A stretch of 64,000 bases of DNA, from the NCBI GenBank assembly GCA_964016885.1, contig CAXHJY010001300.1, forward strand, positions 32,748-96,747, in the 5' to 3' direction. Source of the stretch: Eledone cirrhosa (Eukaryota). Below the pieces are notes generated by a model. The model was not told the DNA's origin, ran no database searches, and saw only the letters and a program-made list of their open reading frames with translations. A program made the position numbers and the translations under genes. Positions 1-13,624 of this stretch are shown piece by piece; position 1 is the stretch's first letter, and every line of letters begins with the position of its first letter.

Positions 1-39
1 GATGGGAAAAAAAACTTACTCCAACACTTAATTTTAAAT

Positions 40-268
40 ATCAAGTAAGTATGTTATGAAACAGTGAGCAGGTTTGAAATTAGAAAATAGAATAGCTTTC
101 ACCCTGATAATGGGGTTTAGAACCCTCAGATAAATGGAAAAAGATGAGTATTGACGTACATGTACGTCAATACTCATCTTTTTCCATTTATCTGAGGGTT
201 CTAAACCCCATTATCAGGCTAAAATTCCTTTAGTCAAAAATACGGTGAAAGCTATTCTATTTTCTAAT
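40..268. repeat. Foldback rearrangement of a pLTR-like repeat: perfect 116-bp palindrome (103-218) nested in an outer 25-bp inverted repeat
   Basis: Arms mirror exactly around gtaca|tgtac at 160/161. attagaaaatagaatagctttcacc (79-103) is the reverse complement of 244-268. The same sequence family occurs collinearly at ~35345-35465. Confidence 0.85.
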
Positions 269-285
269 ATATATATATTAGAGAA

Positions 286-1949
286 ATGAAAAATGGTAAG
301 GCGGCCGGACCATCGGGAATAGTTGCTGAGATGCTGAAGGCATCAGGGGACGTAGGCACTAAACTGGTTGCACGCATCATCAATCAGGCTATATATGGTC
401 GTGTCATACCCAAAGACTGGTGCAGCAGTATTCTCATAAACTGCTACAAAGGTAAAGGGGATGCTTTGGAGAGGAGCAATTATAGGGGTATAAAACTGAT
501 AGATCATGTTATGAAAGTGGCAGAAAGGATTTTAGCACAACTAATTAGAGAAAGGGTCAAACTAGATGAGATGCAGTTTGGTTTTGTGCCTGGGAAGAGT
601 ACAACAGATGCCCTCTTCTTGGTGAGACAAATGCAAGAGAGGTTTTTAGAGAAGAATAAGCCACTATACTTAGCCTTTGTTGACCTAGAGAAAGCCTTTG
701 ATAGGGTACCCCGATCTGTCATCTGGTGGTCCCTAAGGAAGCTAGGTGTTGAGGAATGGCTTGTGAGGACAGTGCAAACTTTGTACAGAGGTACTCTCAG
801 TAAAGTCAGGGTAGGAATGGAGTTTAGTGAGGAATTCCAGATACAAGTAGGAGTACATCAGGGTTCGGTCCTCAGCCCGCTCTTGTTCATTATAGTCCTC
901 CAAGCCATAACAGAGGAGTTTAAGACTGGCTGTCCATGGGAACTTCTCTATGCTGACGATCTGGTTCTTATAGCAGAATCAGTAGAGGAGCTAGAGAATA
1001 AATTCTGGCTATGGAAACAGCAGTTGGAAGCAAGAGGACTGAGAGTGAATCTAGCTAAGACAAAAGTGTTGATGAGTAGAAAAGAGGACAAAACCCTGAT
1101 TCCGTCAGGGAAATGGCCATGTTCGATATGCAGAAAAGGAACTGGCATAAATTCTATAAAATGCACACACTGCAGATCCTGGGTACACAAGAGATGTAGC
1201 GGGATAGCAGGCAAACTAACAGGTAGGGAGAAATATGTATGCAGTAGTTGTACAGGGAAATTAGACAGTAGAAGTCGCACTGATAGACACATTTTTCAAA
1301 TGCAAGAGGGCGCTATAGAAGTGGTGGATAGCTTCCGGTACCTAGGAGATCAGATTAGCATGGGAGGAGGGTGTTCCGAGGCCATAGTAACTAGAATAAG
1401 GACGGGTTGGAAGAAGTTTAGGGAGCTGCTTCCTCTGTTGACGAAGAAGGGTTTCTCCCTGCGTACGAAAGGCCGGTTGTATGATGCCTGTGTGAGGAGC
1501 GCGATGCTGCATGGTAGTGAGACATGGGCAGCAACTGCAGAGGATATTCGACGGCTGGAGAGAAATGAGGCAAGCATGCTCCGTTGGATGTGCAGTGTAA
1601 ATGTGCGTGAACGACCCAGCATAAATGTGTTGAGAGAGAAACTGTGTCTGAGAGGGATAGAATGTAGTGTACGGGAGAGGAGACTGAGTTGGTATGGACA
1701 TGTGATGCGCATGGAGGATGACTGATGGGTGAAGAAGTGCCAGGAAATGCCAGTTGAAGGAAGACGTGGTAGAGGTAGACCACGAAAAACATGGGCGGAG
1801 GTGGTGAGAACAGACCTCAGATCATTGAAGCTCACGGTGGAGATGACGAGGGACCGTGACGAGTGGAGAGATGCTGTGCTGAATAAGACCCGTCCCACCC
1901 TTGCAAGCAGGGAAAAGCGGACGTAAAATGATGATGATGATGATGATGA

Positions 1950-1952
<3 letters not shown>
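286..1952 (+). mobile_element. 5'-truncated RTE-clade LINE; RT with an inserted Cys-rich (PHD-like) finger; (GAT)n tail
   Basis: ORF motifs KAAGPSG, FVDLEKAFD, GVHQGSVLSP, YADD, CxxC...HxxC...CxxC, LHGSETW, GRPRKTW. One in-frame TGA at 1723-1725. (GAT)n tail runs into (TA)n. Confidence 0.93.
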
Positions 1953-2025
<73 letters not shown>

Positions 2026-2027
2026 AC

Positions 2028-2099
<72 letters not shown>

Positions 2100-2108
2100 C
2101 ATGTATAC

Positions 2109-2159
<51 letters not shown>

Positions 2160-2230
2160 GTTTTATTAAGTCTAATTAGTAAGTGTTGTTCCTCTGGAGA
2201 TTCGTATGTTTATCACAGGGTCATCAGACC

Positions 2231-2262
<32 letters not shown>

Positions 2263-2406
2263 TGTATGTATGTATGTATGTATGTATGTATGTATGTATG
2301 TATGTATGTATGTATGTATGTATGTATGTATGTATGTATGTATCTAAAACGTAAACCGAGATAACAAAGCAAACGACACACGACATTGATATATACATAC
2401 ATATAC

Positions 2407-2465
<59 letters not shown>

Positions 2466-2472
2466 CACATAC

Positions 2473-2530
<58 letters not shown>

Positions 2531-2633
2531 GTATATATATATGTATATATATGTATATATATATATATATGTATATATATATGTATATATATGTATATAT
2601 ATATATGTATATATATATGTATATATATGTATA

Positions 2634-2669
<36 letters not shown>

Positions 2670-2878
2670 TGTATGTATGTATGTATGTATGTATGTATGT
2701 ATGTGTATATCTATATCTATCTATATATATATATGAACTCACACACATGTATATATATACACACACACACATATATATGCTACAAACGCATACATACATG
2801 ATAAATAGATATACAAAAGGTATACATCTGTTTTTGTATGTGTATACTTGTGTGTCGGTGTGTACGTGCGTGCGTGTT

Positions 2879-2910
<32 letters not shown>
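1953..2910. repeat. Compound microsatellites (TA)n/(TATG)n/(TG)n
   Basis: Directly visible. Confidence 0.95.
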
Positions 2911-2915
<5 letters not shown>

Positions 2916-4189
2916 TCCTTTGTGGATGAAATAAGTAATGTATGGTGTATGGAAGTTGAGGTGTGAGACATTACATTTTAGGTAAATATAAAAAAAATGA
3001 CTTTACCTGTCTGACGAATCTGTTGATCTGCTTTGGAGTGTTTAGGTAGGTAAGATGATGATGAAGCATGGATTGGCTACCTATCGGTATGATAGTGGAG
3101 GCCTCTGTACACTTTGTTTGTTTGTATGTGCATGTGTGTATGTCTCTCTGTATGTGTGTGGGATTGTATTGGTGTATGTGTGTGTATATGTGTGTATTCA
3201 AGTTTATACGAAGCTCTATAACTGTTTGTTCCTTAATAAATGACTGTAAACAAACAGTACTTTCAACGATGGGAGAATTTTCCGTCACGTAATGTAAGTC
3301 TTCATCCAGCATTCATTCTTCTGATTTGTGAATCAGTTTTCTGTTTCATAGATACACATATAAATAATAACAATACATATTCATATGCACATTTATAAAT
3401 ATACAGGAACATATGCATATATGTGTGTGTATTGTGTGTGTGCTCGCGCGTGTGTTTGTGTGTGTGTGCTCTCGCGTATGAATCTATGGATATCAATTTA
3501 TATTTATTATATGAACTAGTCTGTGCCGCTTAAATCAATCGGCCATAATTTCTTTTTAAGTATACATAAACATTTAATTTTCGACTGCCTTGTTGATTGC
3601 AGTTACTTTATAAATACTAGATGTTTGAGTTAACTTGTGGGTGTTGACAGTATAGAAATAGATAAAAATAAATATATAAATATACAAAGTAAAAACGAAA
3701 CAAACTAATAGAATGAAATCAAACTATACAGAGATTAAAAATTAAAAATAAAAGAACGAAAGAAGAATATATGAATGAATGAGATGAATAACTCTGAAAG
3801 ACTAAATGTAAACAAGAATGAAAACTCCCTCGCTTTCACTTTAATGATTCTTAAAAATATCTTTTGTAGAACGTCACGCATTTTAGTTTTTCGGAGGCGG
3901 AGCAAAGTTTGTGTGAAGGAGGTTAGTTAATTTTAAAATATGTTGTTAGTCCAGTATGGTGTATATAGCTAAATAATAACTACATATTTTTTTAAGAAAT
4001 TGGTTTTCTTTTTTCTTTTTCGAATTCTCATATATTATTCTCGTACAGCTTCAGATTTATAAGGAAATAGAACGGGATGTTTTAACATCTTTACATTCTC
4101 TCAGGGCATTAACTGTCACAGGATGGTTGCATTGTTAAGAATATCATTTCATAACAACGTGATTCCGGGATGACCTGGGGCTGCAGTTT

Positions 4190-4685
4190 AGTGGAGGGCT
4201 GGAAAGGTACAGAATCCGAGGTGTTTATAGTTCAGTATCAAGTCCCCACTATCAAGATGTTTTAGGGTGCCATGCAGTGCCGGATTTCGGACAAATGAAG
4301 CCCTGTGCTAGTTAAGTTATGAGTCCCCAAACATTTGAAAAATTAATCGCAAAATGTTTTTTGACAGGAAGATGGGCCCTCCCCTGGTCAACGGGGCCAT
4401 GTGCTGAAGCATACCTAAGCACAATGGTAAATCCGGCATTGGTGCCATGTGATAAGCAGATGCTGAATCTCTGTGTTTTCTTAGAGTCACACTCAACGTA
4501 GTAGTCTAACAAGAAATATTGGGCAACATCATACTCCCGTCAATTAACAGGCTATTTGGTGATGCAGAATTTTACTTCTTGCAGGATTTAACACTTGCCC
4601 CAGTGCCAAAACAACAACTCGGTTTGTTGATCATCACCTCAATGTGCATTCTTAGCCAGGTAACACACCTGACCTGAACTCAACT
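4190..4685 (+). pseudogene. Tc1/mariner transposase relic (catalytic region), interrupted by a MITE
   Basis: Degenerate translation resembles GAM...LCFL...QEILGNIILPSINRLFGDAEFYFLQDL...PGNTPDLN (Tc1 WPxxSPDLN motif). Confidence 0.7.
4275..4441. mobile_element. hAT-type MITE, 167 bp
   Basis: 13-bp TIRs CAGTGCCGGATTT / AAATCCGGCATTG (1 mismatch). Perfect 8-bp TSD GTGCCATG at 4267-4274 and 4442-4449. Confidence 0.85.
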
Positions 4686-4984
4686 AGGACCTGGTCAGGT
4701 CTCTTCCCATCTTCTTTACTGAAGGTAAGGAACCATCAATGCTCATCTATATGCTGCATGTCCATGATTCTCATCTGGTAAAAGGTGACATCGGTGGGTC
4801 TCAAATCGTCGTCCGATATTGGCTACAGAGTCGAAAAGTTTGAAAAGTTGTCACCAAGGTGACTAAGGAGTACCATCTACTCCAGCTTTGAAATCAGAGT
4901 GTTCTTTCTCATAGAAAAACTGCCAGCTAAGGCTAATGAGCTCTATCTACTCGTTTTCTTTTACACTATTTGATGGACGTTGTT

Positions 4985-7693
4985 AAGGTTGCTTCCTTCC
5001 GAACCCTCTTTGGGGTCTCTGGATACTCAATCTTTGTGCGGGTTTGAGAAAGTAGGGAGCAAACCTTGACAATTGGAACCTGGAACATTACATCATTTAC
5101 AGATAAGGAGCAGGAACTAGTGGAGGAGACTAGATGCTACCGGCTAGATATAGTCGGGTTTCCTCAATAAAGTTCCGTGACATTGATACTGTAGATTTGG
5201 ATGGAGGAAGGAAAAATCCACTATACAGGTGTTGCACCAGAAATGACTGCACAGCCCCCGGCTGTTAGAAAGTATTATTGATTGGATCCCATTAGGAAGA
5301 AGGATTTGACCCTTGAAACTTAGGCTGAAAGATAGGTCTCTGTAGGTGGTGCAAGGTTTTGCACCCAACAGAGACTTCGAATACAGACCCTTCCTTGATG
5401 AAGTCACTGCAGTGTTAGATGTAGTTAAGAGTCATATTCTAATGGGAGAATTCAATGCACATTTTGGCACTGCCGACCTGACATGGAAATGAGTGATTGG
5501 AAGGAATGGCGACAACGATCTAAATACGAATGGAGAGGCCTTATGAGACATCTGATTTAGCAATGGACTCTCTATTATGAACACCTTCTTCCAGCACAGA
5601 GACATCCATAAATATACCCATGTATATTATAAGGAGAATCTGAGACAGAGATCAATAATTGATTTTGTTATTGTGACTGATCTCGTCGATTCTGTGCTGG
5701 ATGTTCGTGATAAGAGAGGGGCTGAGCTGTAAACTGATCACCATCTAGTTATATGCAACTTGAAAATACCTAAAGCCAAAGAAGCCCCAAAACTGACATG
5801 TCCAGGGCGACCTACAGGATAAAGTGGGAAGCGCTGGTGGATAAGGAAGTCAGGACCAGATATGCAGATACTATTGCATTCTAATTTAGAGAACTCCCTG
5901 AGCAAAGTGAGTATCTTGAGACAGAGTGGAGATGGTTCAGCTCAGCAGTTTCTGCTTCAACTGTTAAATACTGTAGGAGAAAGAGGCTTTGTGTAGCGCC
6001 GGATGGCAGGAGGCCATCTTGGTTCAATCAAGATGTCAAAGATGTAATCAGCAAACAGAGTGTTCTGGCAGACCATCCGACGACTTCATAATAAGAAGTC
6101 CTCCTCTACACATGCTAACAGGAACGCGTCTGGGGTTCTCCTCTCTTCAGAGAGGTGCATCCTCGTGAGAATACTTACAAGGTCACAATAGCATTTTCTG
6201 ATGTACTCGAGGTGCATCTGGGAGCGTTGACGAATTTCTTGGAGCCTGAGGTCACAAGAGCAGTTAAAGAGCTAAAATGTGGCAAGGCTGCTGGGGAAGA
6301 TGAAATCCGGTCCGAGATGTTAAAAGCCTTAGAGAAGGTATTCTCTGGATGATTCGTGTGTGCCGGGTGGCCTAGATCTCTGGAAATGGCACCTAAGCAA
6401 TGGCAATCGGGAGTGATAATCACAATTTTCAAAAAGGGATTTCCTTGTTAAGCCTCTCCAGTGAAGTCTATGCTAAGTGTCTGGCACAGAGATGTAGCAA
6501 TATTGTCGAGTCCAAGCTAGCTGATGAACAGGGCGGATTTCGCCCCGGACGTAACCAGCCGACCAAATATTCACACTGCGGCAGGTCTTCAAGAAATCGT
6601 AGGAGTTTTGAAGATCTCGAAAAGGCATATGACTGCGTTCTTCGGAACCTGCTGTGGAAGGTTCTGCAGGAGTATAGGATCGATGGTTAGCTTCTTGCTT
6701 CTTCCCGATGTCTCTATATGAATGCCCGAGTATTTGTGATCGGATAAGCGTTGCTAGATCGAAACCATTCAATGTAGGAGTCTGACTCCGCCAAGGTTGC
6801 ATACTGTTCACCTCTACTGTTTATTATTTTCATGAATAGGATTGACATGCACAGTCGTGTTGGAGGTGGTATAACGAGTGGCGGATGTAAGATCAGTCTG
6901 CTAGAATTTGCAGACGACATGGTGTTACTTAACACGACAGAAGGTGATCTCCGACTTGCACTCAATAGGTTTGATGTCGAGTGCTGCATGGCTGGAATGA
7001 AAATCAGTGATGCGAAAACTAAGACACTCGTCCTCTCAAGGAAGCCTGCGTAGTGAACTTTACATGTGGAACTCCACTGAAGCAGCTGGAGAAGTTCAAG
7101 TATCTTGGGGCCATGTTCACGAGTGATGGAAGACAGGAGGCTGAATTAAGTGCAAGAATTATAGGAGCTTGTGCAGTAATGTACCAGCTTCAGCATTCTG
7201 TAATCAGAAAAAGGGAGGTAGGCGTAAAAGCCAAACCCATACCTATGGTCATGAATCTTGGGTAATGACCGAAAAATATGATCGCGAATACAAGCAGCCG
7301 AAAATGAGGTTCCTTCAAAGGGTCTTTGGAGTAACGTTACTCGATAGAGTGAATATCTCGTAGATCCACTACAACTCCAAATTAAGACATCACAGCTCCG
7401 ATAATATGGGCATGTTGTTAGAACGTTTCAGGAAAGAGTCGCTGGACAGATTTTACGGGCATAACTAACTTGCAGGAGACCCAAGGATAGACCTCGAGCA
7501 AGATAATTGGATAACATCCATGAGCTTGGTTGGTCTCGCTTGGGGATCCAGCCGGATCAGTTGGACACGGTTGTTTTGACAGGACCCGCTGGAAGGAAGT
7601 TTGAGGACTCTGCCGCCAAGACCTCAGGAATATGTAGAAGAAGAAGAAGAAGAAGAAGAAGAAGAAGAAGAAGAAGAAGAAGAAGAAGAAGAA
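4985..7693 (+). mobile_element. Degraded near-full-length RTE-clade LINE (APE + RT), (AGA)n tail
   Basis: LTIGTWNITS at ~5067, MGEFNAH, TDHHLV, GKAAGEDEI, DLEKAYD, FADD, FKYLG. Many stops and frameshifts. Confidence 0.88.
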
Positions 7694-8069
7694 GGCTGGC
7701 CATTGACTCTCCTGAGTTCCTTCAGCCTTCGCGACGACCCGAACACGGAACAGGTTGCACTGGGTTTCATATTCCCAGCAGCACTCGAGAACAACATGAC
7801 AAAAATAGAGAACCTATAGTGGTATATTTTAAAAGATGACAAACTTGTGTTTCAGCTGTTAGGCGAATTCGAAGGGTGATAACACCCGGGTTTCCATCAC
7901 GCCTAAGCAGTATCACAGGCTGGTTTCAAAACATTCCAATAAAGAACTAACTGATATTTCGTATTTATCTTTCAATATTTAACCAACTTGCTCAATTGTA
8001 ATGCTATCTTTTACTTCAGATATTACATTTTAATATTTTAAAATATTGAAATTTTAATAATCCTGCGTG

Positions 8070-8142
<73 letters not shown>

Positions 8143-8344
8143 ACACAAACATGTATGTATGTATGTATGCATGTACGTACATACGTACATACATACATGC
8201 ATACATACATACATAAGTTTTTTTTCCGTTCTCGGATACGAGTAAGCTTTCCACTCTTACAATCTGGAGATATGGTCAATATTGGACCTTGAAAATTTAG
8301 GTAGCTCTTTTGTTCCGTGTATGATAATACATATATAATATGAT

Positions 8345-8527
8345 AATTGTTTCTACTTTTGGCACAGGGCCAGCAACTACCCAGTGTATTACTGGTACTT
8401 TATTTTATCGACCCCGTAAGGATGAAAGGCAAAGTTAACCTCGGCGGGATTTGAACTCAGAATGGCAAGGGGCGTAACTATGCGTCAAAGAATGGCGTCC
8501 GACCCTCTACCGATACTGCCAATCCAC
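8345..8527 (-). mobile_element. tRNA-derived SINE (family A)
   Basis: Head with A-box-like ggattggcagtatcgg and B-box gagttcaaatcc; shared body and tail; many copies in the window. Confidence 0.85.
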
Positions 8528-8572
8528 ATGGCAATATATATATATAATATATATATATATATACATATATAT

Positions 8573-9018
8573 ACTAGACCTGAAAAATGCGCAAGCTCAA
8601 AAGAGCCACATAATGTTATAATAAACCTTCAAAAGTGTGGGACTAGAGTTGTTGCTCAAAAATATTGTAATCATTATCTATCGTACACTCTGTGGAATCC
8701 TTTTATAAAAAAGAGATTCATAACGAACTCAAGACGACACAATAATTATTTAAGCTAATGTTCAATATCTCATATTAGATGTTTAGTAATGATTAATACG
8801 AAATGTACTTAAACCGAGTTCTATAATATAAATTCATTTAAATAATTATCGTGTCGTCTTGAGTTCGTTATGAGTTTCTTTTTTATAAAAGGATGCCACA
8901 GAGTGTACGATAGATAATTATTACAATATTTTTGAGCAACAACTCTAGTCCCACACTTTTGAAGGTTTATTATAACATTCAGTGGCTCTTTTGAGCTTGC
9001 GCATTTTTCAGGTCTAGT
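8573..9018. mobile_element. Foldback MITE with ~180-bp inverted arms and ~85-bp spacer
   Basis: actagacctgaaaaatgcgcaagc... at 8573 mirrors ...gcttgcgcatttttcaggtctagt at 9018 with few mismatches. No clear TSD. Confidence 0.85.
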
Positions 9019-9731
9019 TTAATATTTTTTTAAGGCAACGCTTGTAATAACTCTAGTTAAACATGATATATATTGATAATAAATTATCGTTGTAATGTTA
9101 TTAGATTATATAATTGTTATTTTATAAATGATCTTATAAATATTATTGAAAGATGTATAAACATATTTCCAGACTTTTAATATAAACAACTACAAAAAAC
9201 AATCAATATTAAATAAATATATTTTACATAATAATTGTTATAGTTGAATTAATAAAAAATAAATATTACATACAATAGTCTAACATAATAATAAAAAAAT
9301 AATCTAACATAAAACGAACAATAATATGGACAAATATACAAGTAAATATGATACAACCAATATTATAAGCATGTTATAATGAACTGAAAAAAAATAGTTA
9401 ATATAAATTTAAAAAATCATATATAAATTAACAATATAACTTACCAAAACGAGAAAAATATTTTGATGATAAACGACGAAATACAGGAGGAAGATTCGGA
9501 AGCGAAACGATAAGTAAACGTGCAAACAAAATGGTGGATGCTTTTGAGCAACAATTACTCTCGTTGGTTGATTAGCCAATAAGATGATGAAATTAGCCAA
9601 TAAGACAAAACATGTTTGGCAGCGATCATCACCACGGCCAGCGACACCCCTTGAATTTTTTATTCACAAGCTACGCATATATGTCAGACACGCAGACTTA
9701 AAACTTTCTGTTGTTAGTCACTGCGTGTCTA

Positions 9732-9812
<81 letters not shown>

Positions 9813-9939
9813 GACAATAAGAATTGTAGTTATTTGCAGACTTTATTATATATTACAATTTGTTTCCATATCGATCAGCTCGGGTTTGATAATGTGATCG
9901 GATCCCGACTCTTAATCGACACTTCTTCAGATATGAGAG

Positions 9940-11706
9940 TTTACATGGTTTATGCTCATGTTGCAGCCTAAAAGATTAAAGGTATCAAACAATGTCCCCA
10001 CCAAATCCTTTCACAACAGACACAAATAAATCCCATGCTCTTTTTTATACGTCAGTCATCGAGCTCGAGAAGTTTTGGCATTTCATTAATTTTCTCATTT
10101 GTGTCCCGTCAACATCACCTGTCTTTATTTTATCATAACTTAGGCCTGGAAATGTTGTACATATGAATTTGAAACAGCCCCCCCCCCCCGCCCCACACAT
10201 TAAGAGCTTTGACAAACTGCTTCATTAGTCCTAGTTTAATATGAAGGGGTGGGAAGATTATTTTCTCTCGCCCAACAAGTGGTTAGTGTACGATATTCTT
10301 CCCCCAACTGTCAAACCTTTTCTAACTGGCCAGTACTTCTGTACCTAATGTTTATTTTTCACTCGGCTATCTCATAAACACAGGAAACACGGATATTTTG
10401 TATACCCTCCTTGTTGGCCAAGTAAAAAGTTGACTATTTTCAGATCCACACATATGTCCCATTTGTGTTCATCATACTTGAGCAAATCTAATACAGTTTT
10501 TATGTTTTCATGCTTCTCTTTTAAGTGCACAGAGTGTCCAATAAGAATTGCACCTAACAAGTTTCCATTATGGAGTAATACATATTTTAGATTCTTCTTT
10601 GAACTATCTATAAAGAGTCTCCATTCATGAGGATCATACTATAGAGCAACTATCGCTTTCAACAGTCCCGCCACGTCACAACAGTAAACAAAATATTTTT
10701 CAGTTTTAAAGGATACCAAGAGATCTTTTTCCCTGTTCTGATAAAAACTTACATTTGTTTCTTTCTACAGCATATTCTTCTCTTTAAGTCTAGAAGCTAA
10801 CAGTTCTGATAAATCTTTTGATAAGCCTAAGTCTCTAACTAAATCATTCAGTTCTGCCTGGTTGAAGTTTTCACGTTCCTTGGTTGCTGTATCAACAAAG
10901 TCTGTATCACTGTTATGTTCATGATTTTCTTCTGATACACACATATCACTTTAATCTTCCAGTGAAGGTAATTCTGTGTAAAGAGGTACTGGTTATTCAT
11001 CTGAGTGAAGCACGGGGCGAATTGCTGAATCCAGATTTGGGTAACTTATTTTCTGTCAAGTTTTCTTGGTATAACCAGAAGTCTTTGGGAGACAAAAGTA
11101 CCAATCTTCTGCATGGTTCTTTGGTTCCCTCCATACCACAGGAATGCCAAATACTAGTTGTTTTCTTGTGCCCTTTGTCCATTGGAGTAGATTTTCGACA
11201 CATGGTTTACATACATTGTGCGGGACCTACGATGTATCCTGATCTCCAAGTTTAAGTTTAAAGTAAGCCAAGTATGCTCTTTTCACAAATTCACTAATGT
11301 TTATTCTTTGACTTGACACTGTAAAACTACCGCATATATAGCAGAAAGAGTCAGGTGAATGCAAACCTTTTCTTGGCATTGAAGCCATGCTACACAACAC
11401 CTGTGTTATTTCTTAAAATCAATCTGAAAAGAGGGAAATTATTATTAGATATAATATATTTATATATCTAGGTGTATCTAGATAAAAAGATGTCTAAATA
11501 CATAGATAAAATACTATATATCAACATAAATTACTACCTAAGATATCTCTTTTAGCTATGGATGGGGGCCAATATGGACCAGCCCATAGATAAAAAACTT
11601 GATGTGATAGAAAAAAAGTATTGTAATTTTTAAACTCACGGGCCCCAAACTATTCTAGAATAGGTCTCAAACTTAGGCCAGCAGAAAATAATTTTATTGA
11701 CCAGTG
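9940..11706 (-). mobile_element. Chapaev3-like (CMC superfamily) DNA transposon relic with one CACTG terminus
   Basis: ATG at 11388 (MASMPRK...SPDSFCYICG), GQQGGYTKYPCFLC, PPLHIKLGLMKQFVKAL, LGCNMSI. Terminus CACTGGTCAA at 11706 next to TTA. Frameshifts and stops. Confidence 0.82.
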
Positions 11707-12912
11707 TTATTGCTGTTTCCATTCATGTATTGGTTTTGGTGTTGGTGATGGTACTGATGGTGATGATAGCGGTGATGGGTATTGTTGGTGGTGGCAGTGG
11801 TCATATTGTTATTGTATTGTTGTGGTTTAGTTTTAGGCCAATCCTCATTGAGGAGACCCAATGTCAAGATATTTCAGTGAACCTTTATGATACACTAGGG
11901 TATTATATTATCTCATATTGTTGTTATTTATTTTACAACGAAGTTGCTTATCTTGTTCATACTATTATTGCTGTTGCTGTGGATCATTGAAGAGTTGGTG
12001 GGTTGGTAAAGACAGTAATTATATTGATTTGGATGTTGATGGTGGTAGTGTTGGTATTAATAATAGATAGCTTTGGTGGTGAAAATTGATTTTGACAATG
12101 GTCTACGACTTCCAGGTAACAACCTCCTATCGCTTATTGTTCATCTTTTCTTTTCCTTTCCATTGCTTGAGATTTCCTTCACTTACACAAAAACACACAC
12201 ACTAACGAGACTTGAACCCTGAATACCACGATAGCCATGCATTACTGCTCAATATCTTGTTCTATACGCTCTACTCTGGCATATGTTAATTCAGTCATGC
12301 ATAAAAATGTATATTACGATTTTAATCAATGGAAAACGTACCAGGCTAAATACTTTAGTAGAGCCTCTGACAGTGGTGGGAAGAAGTTGTTCTTAGACCG
12401 GGGACCTGCATGGAACTCAGCGAATTCCGTTTAAGGCACACAAAGTTTAGTTTGTGGTGTAATATATATTTTTTCCCTCGACGTTCTGCTCACTGGATCG
12501 ATTTTACCTTCTATTTCTTTGGGTTAATTAAGTGAAGTACTAATGTAATCCTAAACCCGGTTTAATACCCCTACATAGCCTTTGGGTCCTTTTGACAGAG
12601 ATTACTTTGTTGGAAGCATTCCTACCAGGTTTCCGATTTGAGGATAACTTCCTCCCACCAGTTTCGGCAATACGGAAAAAAAAATAAAGGGTCCTGGGCG
12701 CTGGCTTCCTTCCATGACCAAAATGTTAAAAGATTATTCAACTTGCAGTGGACTAAATACATTTCAAACGTTTTTATATGAATCATTAACATAAAATATA
12801 GAAAACAGGTGATTTAAAAATATAATATAATATAGAGTTAAATGAATACAGTTAAAAATACAGACTTGTTAAAATATAAAGATTAAAGTTAAAGTTAAAA
12901 TATAAAGATTAA

Positions 12913-13114
12913 CCCTTTATATTACACTATATATTACTATTATATTTTTATGGTAAAGGCTTTATCTCACATAATATCGAATCCATGAGATTTTGATATT
13001 ATTTCTTTTAAGAAAAAAACCTTAACATTGGTATGAGTGGATGGTTACGGCCGGTTTGAACAGAAAGAGCTGAGAGAATTCTGGCCGGATATGGCCGGTT
13101 TAAATGCTAAAGAG
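12913..13114. mobile_element. piggyBac-like MITE
   Basis: TTAA-CCCTTTA...TAAAGAG-TTAA: TTAA on both sides and degenerate CCC/GGG termini. Confidence 0.65.
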
Positions 13115-13624
13115 TTAAAGTTAAAATATAAACATTAGATTTTAACAACATGAACTATTAAGACAGGAAAACCCTTAAAAAAAGGAGGAAAAATTAAAAA
13201 CTGGTGCAGTTTTTATTTGTTCTTGACTTTGCACCAATGATTTGATAATATCTGTATAGTCGTAAAGATATTTTTTGTGTGGGAGTTTTTGAGTACGAAT
13301 GTGTGCGTGTGTGAATGTGTTTCTTTGTCTGAGTGTTTGTGTGTGTGTGTATGTGTGATTGTGCTAGTGTGTGTGTGTTGTGTTGTTAGTACTATAAGGA
13401 ATTACAAATAGATAGTATTGGTGTGATGGGAGTGTACTGCGACCGACGTGTCCTCTACTTGTCGGGAACCCGGCGGTTGAGAGTGGATTTGGACTGTACT
13501 TTTTCATGCTAATCTATTGCTGACAGCAGTCGATCAAAGCCCCAGTACTTGACTTAGACTTTATTTTATCGAGCTCAGAAAGATGAAAAGTAAAGTTAAC
13601 TTGAGCAGAGCTTGAACTGAATAT

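Noticed and set aside
9573-9607. Tandem ATTAGCCAATAAGA (two CCAAT boxes)
   Set aside because: No associated gene; likely a short duplication within a repeat.
11697-11990. Hydrophobic 97-aa ORF
   Set aside because: Derived from degenerate (GTT/GGT/GAT)n trinucleotide sequence.
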